A stretch of 64,000 bases of DNA from Felis catus. Its lineage: Eukaryota. The DNA is taken from NCBI RefSeq assembly GCF_018350175.1, contig NC_058372.1:32054001-32118000 (forward strand), read 5' to 3'. The notes below the pieces were generated by a model that worked only from the letters and a program-made list of their open reading frames with translations, searched no databases and was not told the DNA's origin. Positions 26,501 to 38,300 of this stretch are shown in pieces; positions within the stretch are counted from its first letter, which is position 1, and every line of letters begins with the position of its first letter. Position numbers and translations under genes: made by a program.

Positions 26501-29500
26501 ATTCCCCCACCCCGCTATGCCTCCCCTCTATATCCCTCAGTCTGCTGCCCCCCACACACTCCTTACTCCTTCACAACCACCCCCCAACTGGTCACTCACC
26601 CCACCCCGGGAGCCAGACCTCGGGGCCTTCTTGGAATTTGGCTCCAGAGAGGGCTGCAGCTTCGCCTCCTGGGCCGGGGGGAGGGAGGGGACAGAACGAG
26701 GAGATATAGGTGTGGCACGTGTGGCACAGGGAGCAGGGGTGGCTGGGAACACCAGGGAATAGGGCCTCACCTGCAGGAGGAGCTCCCGGCTCTGGGAATA
26801 ATTATCCTCCTCGGAGAAAATCTGGCAGAGGCTGGAGAAGACTCTGAGGCTGTCCCTGAGGGGTGGAAGGCAGCAACCTTGAGGATGGGCCAGGCTCACC
26901 CCCACGCCTCTTCCCAGCCCTCAGCTCCAGACCGGTGCCCCATCCTCCCCACCTGGCTGCTTCCCCCCAGGCTGCTCGAAGCCTGTGGATGGGGCTGGAC
27001 TGCAGGGCCGACACAACAGCATAAACCGAAGAGAAGTTTCGGAGCAGACGACACTCCTGTGGGGGTCACAGAGGCAGGCCACAGCTTTGGGGCCTCTCTC
27101 TCAACACCAGGGTCCCCAACGAGGCCAAGCCTCTCTCTTACCTCTGCCACACGGATCCACTTCTCCAGGAGCCGAGCCCTCTGGGGAGGACGGAGTGGCC
27201 GAATGGTCACCTCTCCAGGCCCCTCTCCAGTTGAGGTAGCCCCCAGGACAGAGCTGACCACAGCCCCTGCCACCTTGTTGAACTGTGTGACAGTAGCTCT
27301 GACGGATGGGCAGAGGTGGGAATGTCCTGGCCGGTCTCTATGACCCCACAGGCTCCCCAGGCACTGAGAGGGGACCAGATTGAGAAACAGCTCCTGCAGG
27401 GCAGAGGTCAGAGGTTAAGGTTCATAGTCAAGCGAGGTCAGCCTTCCAATATCAAAGGTGTGAGGATCTCAGGTGGCCAAGGAACCAAAGGGGCACAGGG
27501 TGTGAAGGGTAACAATCAAGGGGAAAGGGAGAAAGGTCAAAACTGAGTGGACAGAGGAAGCTGGGAGCTGGATCAGGAAGGGTTGGAAGCAAGGAAAGGA
27601 TCTGGAGTGAGGGAGAGGTTAGTAAGGGGGCGGGGGGGGGGTTGGGGGTCAGAGGTCAGGGTCTCACCGCATCTAGCAGGGTCAGCTGTTCGGCCAAGTG
27701 GTCAGCGAGGAACACCAGGACATCCGTGGGGTCAGCAGGGGGGTCGCCGGGGAGGGCCAGGGACTTAGGAAGGTCTGGGGCCTGGGGGTCCACCCGGGAC
27801 CGGAGGTTGCGGATGAGGTCAGCGCTGCCCCCCCCAACACCCTCCCCTGCTGCATACCCTGTCCGAAGCAAGAAGCTCTCAAGCCGGTCAAGCTGACCCT
27901 TGACCTCAGAGCCAAAATCCTCAGGGTGAGAGGCCAGCCAGGTTGACAGGACAGAGATGGCTACCCTGGGAGAAGGGGAAGCAGCCAGGGGTCAGGTATC
28001 AAGCTGCAGCTCAGCCAGAGGGAACTATGAGGTTAACAGTCGGGGTCACTCACCCTATTGTCCTCTCTAGTTCATCAGTAGGATGAGATTCAAGAGCTTC
28101 CAGCCTGGAAGAAGAGATTCTATCTGCCCATTTTTTCCCAACCCCCAGTGGCTTTGACTACTTTGGTGGGATTTTCTGGCTTTAGAAAGCCAGATACCAT
28201 CTTGGTCCCTTATGACCCTGACCTGTCAGCCACAAGCCCTAGCAGGGCAGGCGTGGAGGTGAAGGCCCGGTGGGTGGCCAGGAAAGCTGATGTGAAGGTC
28301 ACGTCAGCCCCTGATGTCCGAGCATCCAGCAAGTGTCTGACCAGGGCCTCCAGAGTGCCAGCTCGGAGCCTTCGAGAGGAACGCGGGGGAGGCGTTGGGG
28401 CCTGTTGGAGACAGAAGGACAATTACTGACCCTTTTTTCACCTTTGCCCCTAGATCTCTGGGGAAAATCCCAGACCTAGGAGATGGTCCAGGCTCGTCAT
28501 ATGAGATTCAGAGAGGGCAAAAGACTTGATCTAAGTCACATAGCAGAGTCCAGGTCTCTAGACCTCCAACTTAGCACTCTGGCCAAAAAGTTGGCCAGAG
28601 GAAAGGGGGCTGGGTGGTGATGATGGGTCAGAGGTGAGAAGCCAAAGTCAGGATCTCACCAGGGGATCAAGAGGCCGATACTGGCGGCTTGTGACAGTAA
28701 AGATGGCACCATCCTCCTCCTCATCCCAGACAGACACAGGGGCCTGGAGGAGCAAGGAAGGGGAAGTCAGACAATCCCACACCACCCCCCACAGGCCCCA
28801 GCCCTCACCCCCAGGCCCTACTCCTCCCTCTGTACCCCTCACCTGTGGTGGCGGGGGACAGTACCAGCGAGTGCGAGGGGTGGGGGGGGCTGGTGACCCC
28901 AGGTCTCCCCCACTGGGGCCCAGACAGCCCCCCCCAAGCCGCCTCAGGGCCCGGTGGAGTCGAGGGGGTGGCAGTGGGGAGGTGGGTGGGATGCACGAAC
29001 CCTGGGCCTGGAGACCGCTGTGGCCCTTTCCCCCCAGAGCTGAACCCCAACACAGCACAGAAGCAAGGTGCAAGGGGAAGCGAGAGAGGCAGAAAGCCAG
29101 AGGCAGAGACCTTGAGAAGCTGGAACCTCAGTCACAGGCACAGCCGCAAGCTCCGCCCTCCCCCCCCTCCCCCGCAGGAACTGACCGAGCCCTAAGAGAT
29201 AGTCCTTCCCCTTAGCCCCCTTCCCCCTGGTCCCTCAATGCTGGAGACCCCCTCGAGGTGGCGGCGCAAATCCCAGTACAGGAAGGAGAAGGGGAAGTTG
29301 GGATGATTGGGGGGGAGGGGGGGCGCAGACTCAGAGTCACGTGGCCCCAGCCCCTCCCCCAACCGATCCCGAAAAACCAGCCCTGCCAGTCACCCTGCCC
29401 TCACCCAGTCTCTGGACCCAGGAGTCCAGGGCCTTGGGGCCCCGAATCCAATTTCTGGCCCCTCCTGAGGCCCCGAATCCTGCTTCTGGCCACCACCATT

Positions 29501-30123
29501 AGTCCCGGAGGAAAGCTGGTTACCCCCCCACACACACTCAATCTGGGATCTTTCCTCCAAAGTCGGAGAACCTGGGCTTCCCGCCTCCACTCATTGCCCA
29601 GCAGGAGAGGGGGAGGGGTCACAAAATCGAAGGGTTCCCTCCCAATCCCAGAGTCAGAGGAGTCGGTTACTGTGGAAACAAACCCCTCCCCGCCAAACAA
29701 AAACAAGGAGGGAGACAGGGACCAAGACACAATGCCCAAAGAGGCAGGCACACTCTGGCATAAGCTGGTAGAGCGTGAGACCCGCAGGACAGAGAGCCAG
29801 ACGCTCTGGCAGTAACAGGGAAGGTTCCTGCGGGCAGGTCCTGAGTCACACTGCCACAGAGAACCACAGAAATTCCGGGACTCCCCGCAGCGGGGAGACA
29901 GGCAGCCACCCAGCAAGAGGCGCGGAAATTACTGAGGCTGAGGGAAAGAGATGAAGGGACACACACACACCAGAGAAAGGTGGAGAGTCTCCGAAATTTA
30001 TACCTCCCCGACTTCCCACCACCCGCGTCTCACCTCGTCTTCTTCCTCCTCCTCCTCTTCCTCCTGCCCCCCGCCCACGCCCTGGCCACTTGGGCCCCCA
30101 CCCTCTTCGGGGTCTCGGCTCCG
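23526..30123 (-). CDS. RGL2: Ral guanine nucleotide dissociation stimulator-like 2; start codon inferred in N-gap 30124-30256
   Basis: Exons gap-30034 ([10 protein letters not shown]...poly-E), 28743-28660, 28401-28223, 28104-28054, 27965-27668, 27393-27142, 27056-26953, 26855-26771, 26668-26600, 26403-26329, 25740-25708, 25585-25464, 25366-25271, 25173-25062, 24951-24661, 23981-23867, 23737-23526. REM, CDC25 ([22 protein letters not shown]) and RA domains; AATAAA 23079-23074. Confidence 0.96.
24288..24526 (+). mobile_element. CAN-SINE
   Basis: Full SINE with TSD AAAACAGCTGCCATAACC on both sides. Confidence 0.92.
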
Positions 30124-31857
30124 NNNNNNNNNNNNNNNNNNNNNNNNNNNNNNNNNNNNNNNNNNNNNNNNNNNNNNNNNNNNNNNNNNNNNNNNNNNNN
30201 NNNNNNNNNNNNNNNNNNNNNNNNNNNNNNNNNNNNNNNNNNNNNNNNNNNNNNNGGCAGGTGGAGAGTCAGGTTGGCGCGGGGGATCGGGGAGGAGAGG
30301 GATGCGGGTGGGTGCCTAGGTAACCGTATGGAGGTCCGGGGGGGGCAACATAGGAGTGGAATATGGGGGGCCCTGGTGCATTTGGGGGATGAGGGGGTCA
30401 CGAGTACGGGAACGGGCAGGGTCACAGGGTGTTCTGGCTCTGACCTGCTCGGGAATGGTGGGAGCAGCGCGGGTCCCGGGCCGCTGTTCCCGTCGGTCTC
30501 CAGTCCCCAAACGAGTCCCTGGACCGAGTCCCCTCCTCGGCTTTTCCGCACCCCCGTTACCCCCCCGCCAGGCTCCCGGGCCCTCCCGCCCTTTCCGCTC
30601 CCCCCCACGTCCGCCCGCTCCGACAGCAGGAGCCAAAAAGGGAAGGAAGTGAGGACAGGAGCCAGGGTTGCGGACTAGGGGAGCCCTGGATGCCCAGCGG
30701 CCAGAACCCAGGAGCCCGGGTCCCCAGCTCCGCTGTGCTCGGGACCCCCTACTCGGGGATCCTGGAGCCCTCTTCGCCCCACACTTAATTGGAATGGATG
30801 CCGGTCTCCAGCTCCCGAGGGAGGACAGGGGCCGGATTTGACATTCCCCTCCCCACTACACAACGCCGAGGCTAAAACAACCGTGGGAAGCGCTTTAGGT
30901 GGAGAGGGATTGGTTACTCCACCCCGCGGGGTTACACTCCCCACCCACACCCACGCGCGTAGCGGACCGGAATCCACTCCGCGTTTTCCGAAGAGCGCTG
31001 GGTTCCGGCCCTCTCGCAAGGGGGCGGAGCAGGAAGTCGACATATCCGGTTCCAGATTCGACACTCCCGGGTTTCCGGCGCTCGGCGCTGGTATCTGCGC
31101 TCCCTTCTGCCCACCCCCAGTGCACTTTGCTAGAGGGCGTCCTCCCCGCCTTGGGTGGCGCCCGACCCCGAACTGTTCCGGAGGATCGGGTGTCGCCAAA
31201 ACGTTTGAGAGGTCGGGGAGATTGGCAGGAACCAGAAGTGACTGTAAGAGTCTGTGCTTGCAGAGGGGACCCGTGGGGTGGAAGGAGACGCGGTGTTGGG
31301 AGCATCAGAGTATAACTTTATTCCAGCGGCCTGGCCGACTGTCCTGCCCCTCGGACGTCCCTAGGCCAAGCCGCCGCTTCCTTCGTCCAGTAGTTACCTG
31401 ACCCAACACTTGCTGTTCAATACTTAGGATGTAAAAAAGACTAATTTCTTCTGATGAGCGCCCTCCAGTGGGCGCCCGGCCCTGTGCCGCAGCGGGGACA
31501 CAGCAGTGGACAGACAGGCACGTCCTTGCCTTTGAGGAGCCGACGGTCCGGAAAGGGAGACAGGCATTTAACAACGACTCGTACAATCACTTAAATACAA
31601 CTGATGAACCGCACAGGAGGAACACGCAGCTGTCTGAGGGAATAACGAGGCTGTCCTGGAGCCCAGAGAGGGCGAGGGCAGAACAGACAAAGGGAACAGA
31701 CCAGGGAAGGTGGGAGCCGTTGGAGAAAAGGAATAGCCATCGGTGTGGTGAACACTGAGGGGAGGGCTGGAGGGCAGAGGTGGGGTTGAAGAGGCAAGCA
31801 GTGGCTCCAACGTGGGAGATGCACAGGCCAGGACAAGAACGGATTTAGCTTCTAGAG

Positions 31858-32211
31858 CACTGGTTCCCCAAATGTGACGCCTGTCCCAGTGGTCCTGGAG
31901 ACTGTTTCAGTGGGTTTATGAAATTAAGGCTATTCATAACAATACTAAGATGTTACTTGCCTTTTTCATTCTCATTCTCTAAAAACAATGTACTGTGGAG
32001 TTTTCCAGCAGCTGAGTATTGACCTCATCGTCCTCACAGCTAATGGAATGCGTGCTTATGTGTTCTTGTGTTAAATTTTTCTCAGTTTTAAGTTCTAGTA
32101 TCATTAATATCTAGTTTATAACCCACATAAGCAAAGGTCCTTTAGAGTTCCTGACCGTTTTTAAGTGGTCCGGAGATGAAAAACAACAACAACAAAAATC
32201 GAGAACCACTG
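31858..32211. mobile_element. hAT-Charlie (MER119-like) element in TAPBP 3' UTR
   Basis: Terminal inverted repeats CACTGGTTCCC/GAGAACCACTG; degenerate 8-bp TSD ttctagag/ccttagag. Subfamily from memory. Confidence 0.7.
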
Positions 32212-32396
32212 CCTTAGAGCTCTAAGAAGGGAAATGCTATAGATTTGTGTCCTTTAAAAAAAGCATTCCAGCCGCTCCTTGGAGAGAGAGAGGTTGGAGG
32301 GAGCATGAGCAGATGATGGTGTACTATTTGGTGGAGCTAGTACAGTAGCTCAAACCAGAGATGACGGCAGCTTCCCCAGGATGGTGGTGAGTGTTC

Positions 32397-35300
32397 TCAC
32401 TGGGCTTTCTGGAAGAGAAATAAAAAGGAGGTGAGGAATGCCGGATTTTAGGAAGTGACATGAAATGCTCATGATCAGTCCAGAGATAAATGCACCATCA
32501 TGGGCACAGAGGGTGGCAGAAGAATGGGGCTCACAGTTTCAGGGGGTTTTCTGCCTGGCAGATACTGCCAAGGGCTTTTGCTTAATCCTCCCAACAGCCT
32601 TCAGAGACTCTGCTGTCTATACAGTAGCCACCATCCACATGTGTCTCTTGAACATTTGAAATGTGCCTAGTCTGAAAGAGTATTATTAAAATTAATTTTA
32701 GGGGCGCCTGGGTGGCTCAGTCAGTTAAGCATCTGACTTCGGCTCAGGTCATGATCTCGTGGTTCGTGAGTTCGAGCCCCACGTTGGGCTCTGTGCTGGC
32801 AGCTCAGAGCCTGGAGCCTGCTTCGGCTTCTGTGTCTCCCTTCTCTCTCTCTACCCAACCCCCAATTTGTACGTGTGCACATGCTCTCTCTCTCTCTCAA
32901 AATTAATCGCTTAAAAAAATTAATTTTACCAGGTTTTTTTTTTTTTGATGTTTTTTGTTTTTTGGGTTTTTTTTTTTTTTTGCTTTTCTTTAAGTAGGCT
33001 TCATGCCCAGTGTGCAGCCCAATGCAGGACTTGAACTCAAAACCTTGAGATCAAGACCTGAGCTGAGATCAAGAGTCAGCCGCTTAACTGACCGAACCAC
33101 CCAGGTGCACCTCCTTACCTTTTTGATGTGGCTGCTAGATTATTTAAATGTACATATGTGGCTTGTATCATATTTCTGTTGGACAGTGCTGCCTAAGTAA
33201 TTTTTTTTTTTTTTAACCCTCACACCCAAGGAAACGGAGGTGTTGGTTAAGTGGAATATTCAAAGTGGCAGGAGTCAACCCAGGTGTGTGTGAATTCCAA
33301 GTTCAGGTTCTGCCCGCCATGCCAGTGGAAGCCAGAGCCTTCCTCTACCAGTGAGGAGTTGCAGGGAGGGTCTCAAATGAAAAGGGAAAGAAAAGAAGAG
33401 GAGAGCTATTACCTTCTCCTTTGAATCCTTCGAAGTACACATGTAGGCAGCTGTGGAGAGAGATTGAGAAGGGATGGGATGGGGGAGTGAGGGATGGGAT
33501 GGGATGGGGGAGATGAGATTGAGAGGGATAGGTGTCAGGCTTCTGGGAGTAGGCAGGGACTGTCATGGGCACAGTGGGGGTCAGGGTCTAGGTGGGACTC
33601 ACACTCACCAGCCCAGCCCAGTGCTTTGATGAGCCCGAGGAGGAGAAAGGCAGACAGGAAGAGGCCCACACCATCCTCCAGGGTGGGCCCAGACAGACCT
33701 GGCAGGTAGAAGGGAGAAAAGTGAACCCCTTAGTATCTTCTCGGGGCGCCCGCCCCCTCCCCTGTCCCCCTTTCCCTGCCCCCCCCCTCCCTGCTCCAGT
33801 CACTCCATCCTCCTCCTGGCTCTTACCTGCCACCTCCAGGGTGACCTCTGCGCTGCGCCCCAAGGCCGGCAGGGTGGGGTGGTGGACACGACAGGCATAG
33901 CGTGACCCATGATGCTCGGCAGTTATGGGGACCGGCTTCAGGTGCGCGGAGAGGCTGACGGTGCCGTCTGAGTGGTGGAGCAGGGCAGAGAGCCACTTCT
34001 GCCCCTCAGCCTTCTGAAAGCTGCCCTCTGGGCCACCTCGGAGCTCCCACTCCACTTCCAGACCCTCAGAGGGATAGAAGTGGGACACGAGGCATTGCAA
34101 CTGGGGGGGTGCCTCCCCCCGGGTAGCCCATACAAGAGGTGCAGGTGTCAGGGATACTTTGGGTGGCTCTGGGGAGAAAACATGAAAGGAGCATGGGGGC
34201 AATCAATCCACATTGTCCTCCCATGGCTTCCCCCAAACTGGGTTTGAGTTTTTCTCTCCTAGGATGGGGAACCCGCTGTCTCCCCACTGGTGCTTCAGAG
34301 GGATTCCCACGCTAAAACCCTCAATCCCAGGGACGCCTCTTCCTCAGATTTGGGAACCTTTATCCCAGTCACTCAGATTCCCAGGGACTTCCACCATTGC
34401 CCCTCTGAAGCCCAGGGACCCCAATCTACCTCCCATCACTCGCCCAGCACCCTCTTCTCCCCTAGCCCTCTTCCATCATGATGTCCCCATAATGCCAGTG
34501 CCCATCCTTTACCCGTGGGGACCCCTGGACCCCAACTCACTCTGTACAGCAAGCTCCAGAGCGACCTGCCCTTGCAGGTATGGCAGGTGTACAGTGGCCA
34601 GATAGGTGCCCTCCTGGAAGGGCTGCACTGCAGGCAGCCAGAGGGTCCCATTTCCAGTCCACGGACCCCACGGCTCATCATCATCCCAAGCAGCAAATGC
34701 CACTGCCCCCTCTTGGGCAGGTGGCATTTGCTCACTCAGCCCAGGCGTTGCAGCCAGGAGTAGGTGCCCTTTGCCCAGGTGCTGGCGTCGCCACTCCAGC
34801 CCAAAGGGAGGGGGACCTGGGGCCAGAGATGTAGCGGCCTCAGAGGTGGGGGGCGTGTAGGCAAACTTCAAGTCCAGCAGAGCATCTTGTCCCAGTCGGA
34901 TCCGAGAGGTGGGGGTGTGGGTGAGGACAGTCAGCACAGCTGGGGAAGATGGGGAGAGGAGGGAGGGGAAAGGGCATGAGGGAGAGAAAAAGAAAGGGAA
35001 AAATAGACAAATAGAGTTATAGGGAAGATACAACTAGAATTCACCCAGCCCTCAGAGAACACCTCCTTTTCTGATTCCATCTTCTAGTCCTCCCTGCAAA
35101 TCCCCTTTGTTCTGGGACTGGATGGGACCCAAAGTAGCTGAGAGTGAGCAGATACAGCTAGAGATGAATAGGGGCAGGGAGTGGGGACAGTCCTTGAAGG
35201 CTGGGCTGAGCACACAGCCCACTCAGTGGGCTCTGAGAGCACTTCTGACACAGCCTGAACCAGCCCAGTCCCCATGCACCACCCTTCAAGAGCCTTTAGG

Positions 35301-38300
35301 CTTTAAAGAGCTTTTGAGGCCTTAAAGCCTTAAAGCTCACTCTTGTCACTAGTGAAGACTGTGAAGACTCAGGATGTCAATCCTATGGTGCCGTACAGAG
35401 TACTTTTTGACTGCTATTTATATGGTCCTGTAGACCAGTTGTTTCACTTTTCCGTGGCTCAGCTGAATCTCTTAAGTGGGAATAATGATGATGATCACAG
35501 TGCCTATCTTACGGGGTTGTAGTGAAGGTTAAATCATATAATGCCTCTTGCTACCCGGAATTATTCATTTCCTGATTCTGGATAACAAAGGCACCTATAT
35601 ATGAAAGGCACTTAGAACGGTACCCAGAATACAGTAAGTCTACCAAAGTGTTTGCTGTGGTTACACTTGACCATCAGCCAGACCAACCAAACGTGCCCCA
35701 ACTCGACAGCATCTCTCCCCATCAACATTCCCTCCCCCTGCTCCAATGCCCATTCTCTCTGCCTTGATGAATGATCACCACCAGCCCCACACCTGCCCCC
35801 CCCCCACTCCCCATGCTAAAGGGCTTGGAGTCACTAAGACTCCATCCTCTCTAATGCTTTCACTCAACTAATATTTATTGAGTACCTGTGATGTTCAAGG
35901 CAGAGGACTGAGCAGTGACAGGCAGTCCCTGCCTTCAGATTTCTTACAGTCTAGTAAGGGAAACGATGAGTAAATTGCCAAACATAACATACTGTGTACT
36001 ATCCCAACCAGGCCCTAATTCTGTCTTCCAAATAGACCTCACTTGTTTCCAACTCAAGTTCTCACCAACATACATTTGGACAATTACAGCCTCCTCTCGG
36101 GCCTTCCTATCCTTGGTGTCTCTCTTCTTCGATTCATCATCCACACTGGAGCCACACAGTGTCGCTACAATTCTGATCCAGTCACTTGCCTGTTTAAAAA
36201 ACCCAGCTGCCTAGGAAGCCAGCAACTAAAGGCACAGGCTGAAGCTAAATGGCCCAGGCTTCATTCCTGGCCTAGCTTCTTACAAGCTGTTCTTGGACAA
36301 GTTACCAAAGTGCTCTGTCTCAGATTTCTTCATCTGTGACATGGAGATGATATCAGTACCTAGTTCTTATGGCTGTTGAGAGGAATAAATGGGATCATGT
36401 CTATAAAATGCTTAGAATAAGACCTGGCCATAGAAAATGCTCAGTGAATGTCAGGTGTTACTATTTTCATTACTGTTGTCGTCATCATCACCACAGACTT
36501 GCTGGGTATCTCGAAGAAATCATTTAATCTATATTCTTCTCATTAGTCCAGTGATCTGATCCTTGCCTACTTTTGTAAGAATTAAGTTTAAAAAAGCCTG
36601 GCTTTTGGGACAATGGCGCACACACTTCTGATGGTTCACTATCACTTATAAAGCCCAGATCTCAGGGTACTTGATAATCCACCTGCCAACCCATCTGTCC
36701 AGACTTCTCTTGCACCCTAAGGACCGGCTCTAGAGAATCCCTTTCTTGTGACTAGTAGAAATTCTAATCAGGCCGCCTGGGTGGCTCAGTTGATTAAGCG
36801 TCTGACTTCGGCTCAGGTCATGATCTCACAACTCGTGAGTTCGAGCCCCGCGTCGGGCTCTGTGCTGACAGCTCAGAGCCTGAGCCCGTTTCAGATTCTG
36901 TGTCTCCCTCTTTCTCTGTCCCTCCCCCACCTCTCAAAAATAAACATTTTTAAGGGGCGCCTGGGTGGTGCAGTCGGTTAAGCGTCTGACTTCAGCCAGG
37001 TCACGGTCTCGCGGTCCGGGAGTTCGAGCCCCGCGTCGGGCTCTGGGCTGATGGCTCAGAGCCTGGAGCCTGTTTCCGATTCTGTGTCTCCCTCTCTCTC
37101 TGCCCCTCCCCCGTTCATGCTCTGTCTCTCTCTGTCCCAAAAANNNNNNNNNNNNNNNNNNNNNNNNNNNNNNNNNNNNNNNNNNNNNNNNNNNNNNNNN
37201 NNNNNNNNNNNNNNNNNNNNNNNNNNNNNNNNNNNNNNNNNNNNNNNNNNNNNNNNNNNNNNNNNNNNNNNNNNNCCATTCTTTGCTATGGTCATAGGTT
37301 CCTTTGGTTTATAATGTCCTTCCCCATTTTCTCCCAAACATCTAAATACTTCATGTCCCACAAGGTCAGGTCCACTGCTACCTCCTCCCAGGATGTTTGG
37401 GTCCTTCCCATAAAAGTCCTCTTTCTTCTCTTGTGATTATGCAATTTTTAATCCTAGTTTCTGAGCACTACAAGGTTAAACTTCTCTCAATGTTATGGGA
37501 GTTTTTGTTGAATAAATTAAAAATAAAGTAGGTAATTCACTTAGTTTATTAAAATCCAAAAACAGACTCTTGAATTGTCAAAAACCCATACGATTTTAAT
37601 AAACAAAATCTGAAGGTTTTACAGGTTAACCCTGAAGCTAACAGTGCTCTTTAATATGGGTTGATGGAGGGGCACCTGGGTGGCTCAGTTGGTTGAGTGT
37701 CCAACTCTTGGTTTGGGCTCAGGTCATGATCTCACGGTTTGGGGGGTTCAAGCCCCACACCGGGCTCTGCGCTGGCAGTGCGGAGCCTGTTGAGGATTCC
37801 TTCTCTCCCTCTCTGCCCCTCCCCTGCTCTCTCTCACTAAATAAATAAATAAACTTTAAAATGGGTTGATGGAGCAATTTTAGACCTGCATCCTACAAAC
37901 TGGACTCTGAAAAATACAAATGGAAATTTGTACCTGTTTTTATGGCTTGTATTACATAGGTTTTTGCTTTGCTGTTAATAAAGTGAATGGTAACAACTAT
38001 TATAAAGTATTACAGAAAAAAATTTAAATCCAAACCTAATCAAGTGACACGATGAAGAAATACTTGGCCAAATACAGAATGTAGGAAATTCTACAGAACA
38101 AGTGACAAACCAGTACCATTTGGGGGGCTGGGGGGAGCACTTATAGAATAAAAGAGACAAGAGACAAAACTGTTGTGGACTGAATGCCTGTGATATGCGC
38201 CCCACCCCACCCCCCAAGTTCATTGTTGAAGCCTTCCTGGCCAGTGTGACTAAACTGTTGACTCTTGAACAACACAAGTTTGAACTGTGAGGGTCCACTT

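Noticed and set aside
29258-31401. 170-230 aa ORFs in the RGL2 5' region
   Set aside because: GC-rich promoter/intron sequence, mostly non-ATG starts, some spanning N-gaps.
33275-33412. TAPBP intron-7 read-through C-terminus (45 aa, loses KKxx)
   Set aside because: The frame is open, but the stretch resembling the recalled human long isoform lies in a different frame and looks repeat-derived, so a conserved protein isoform is unsupported.
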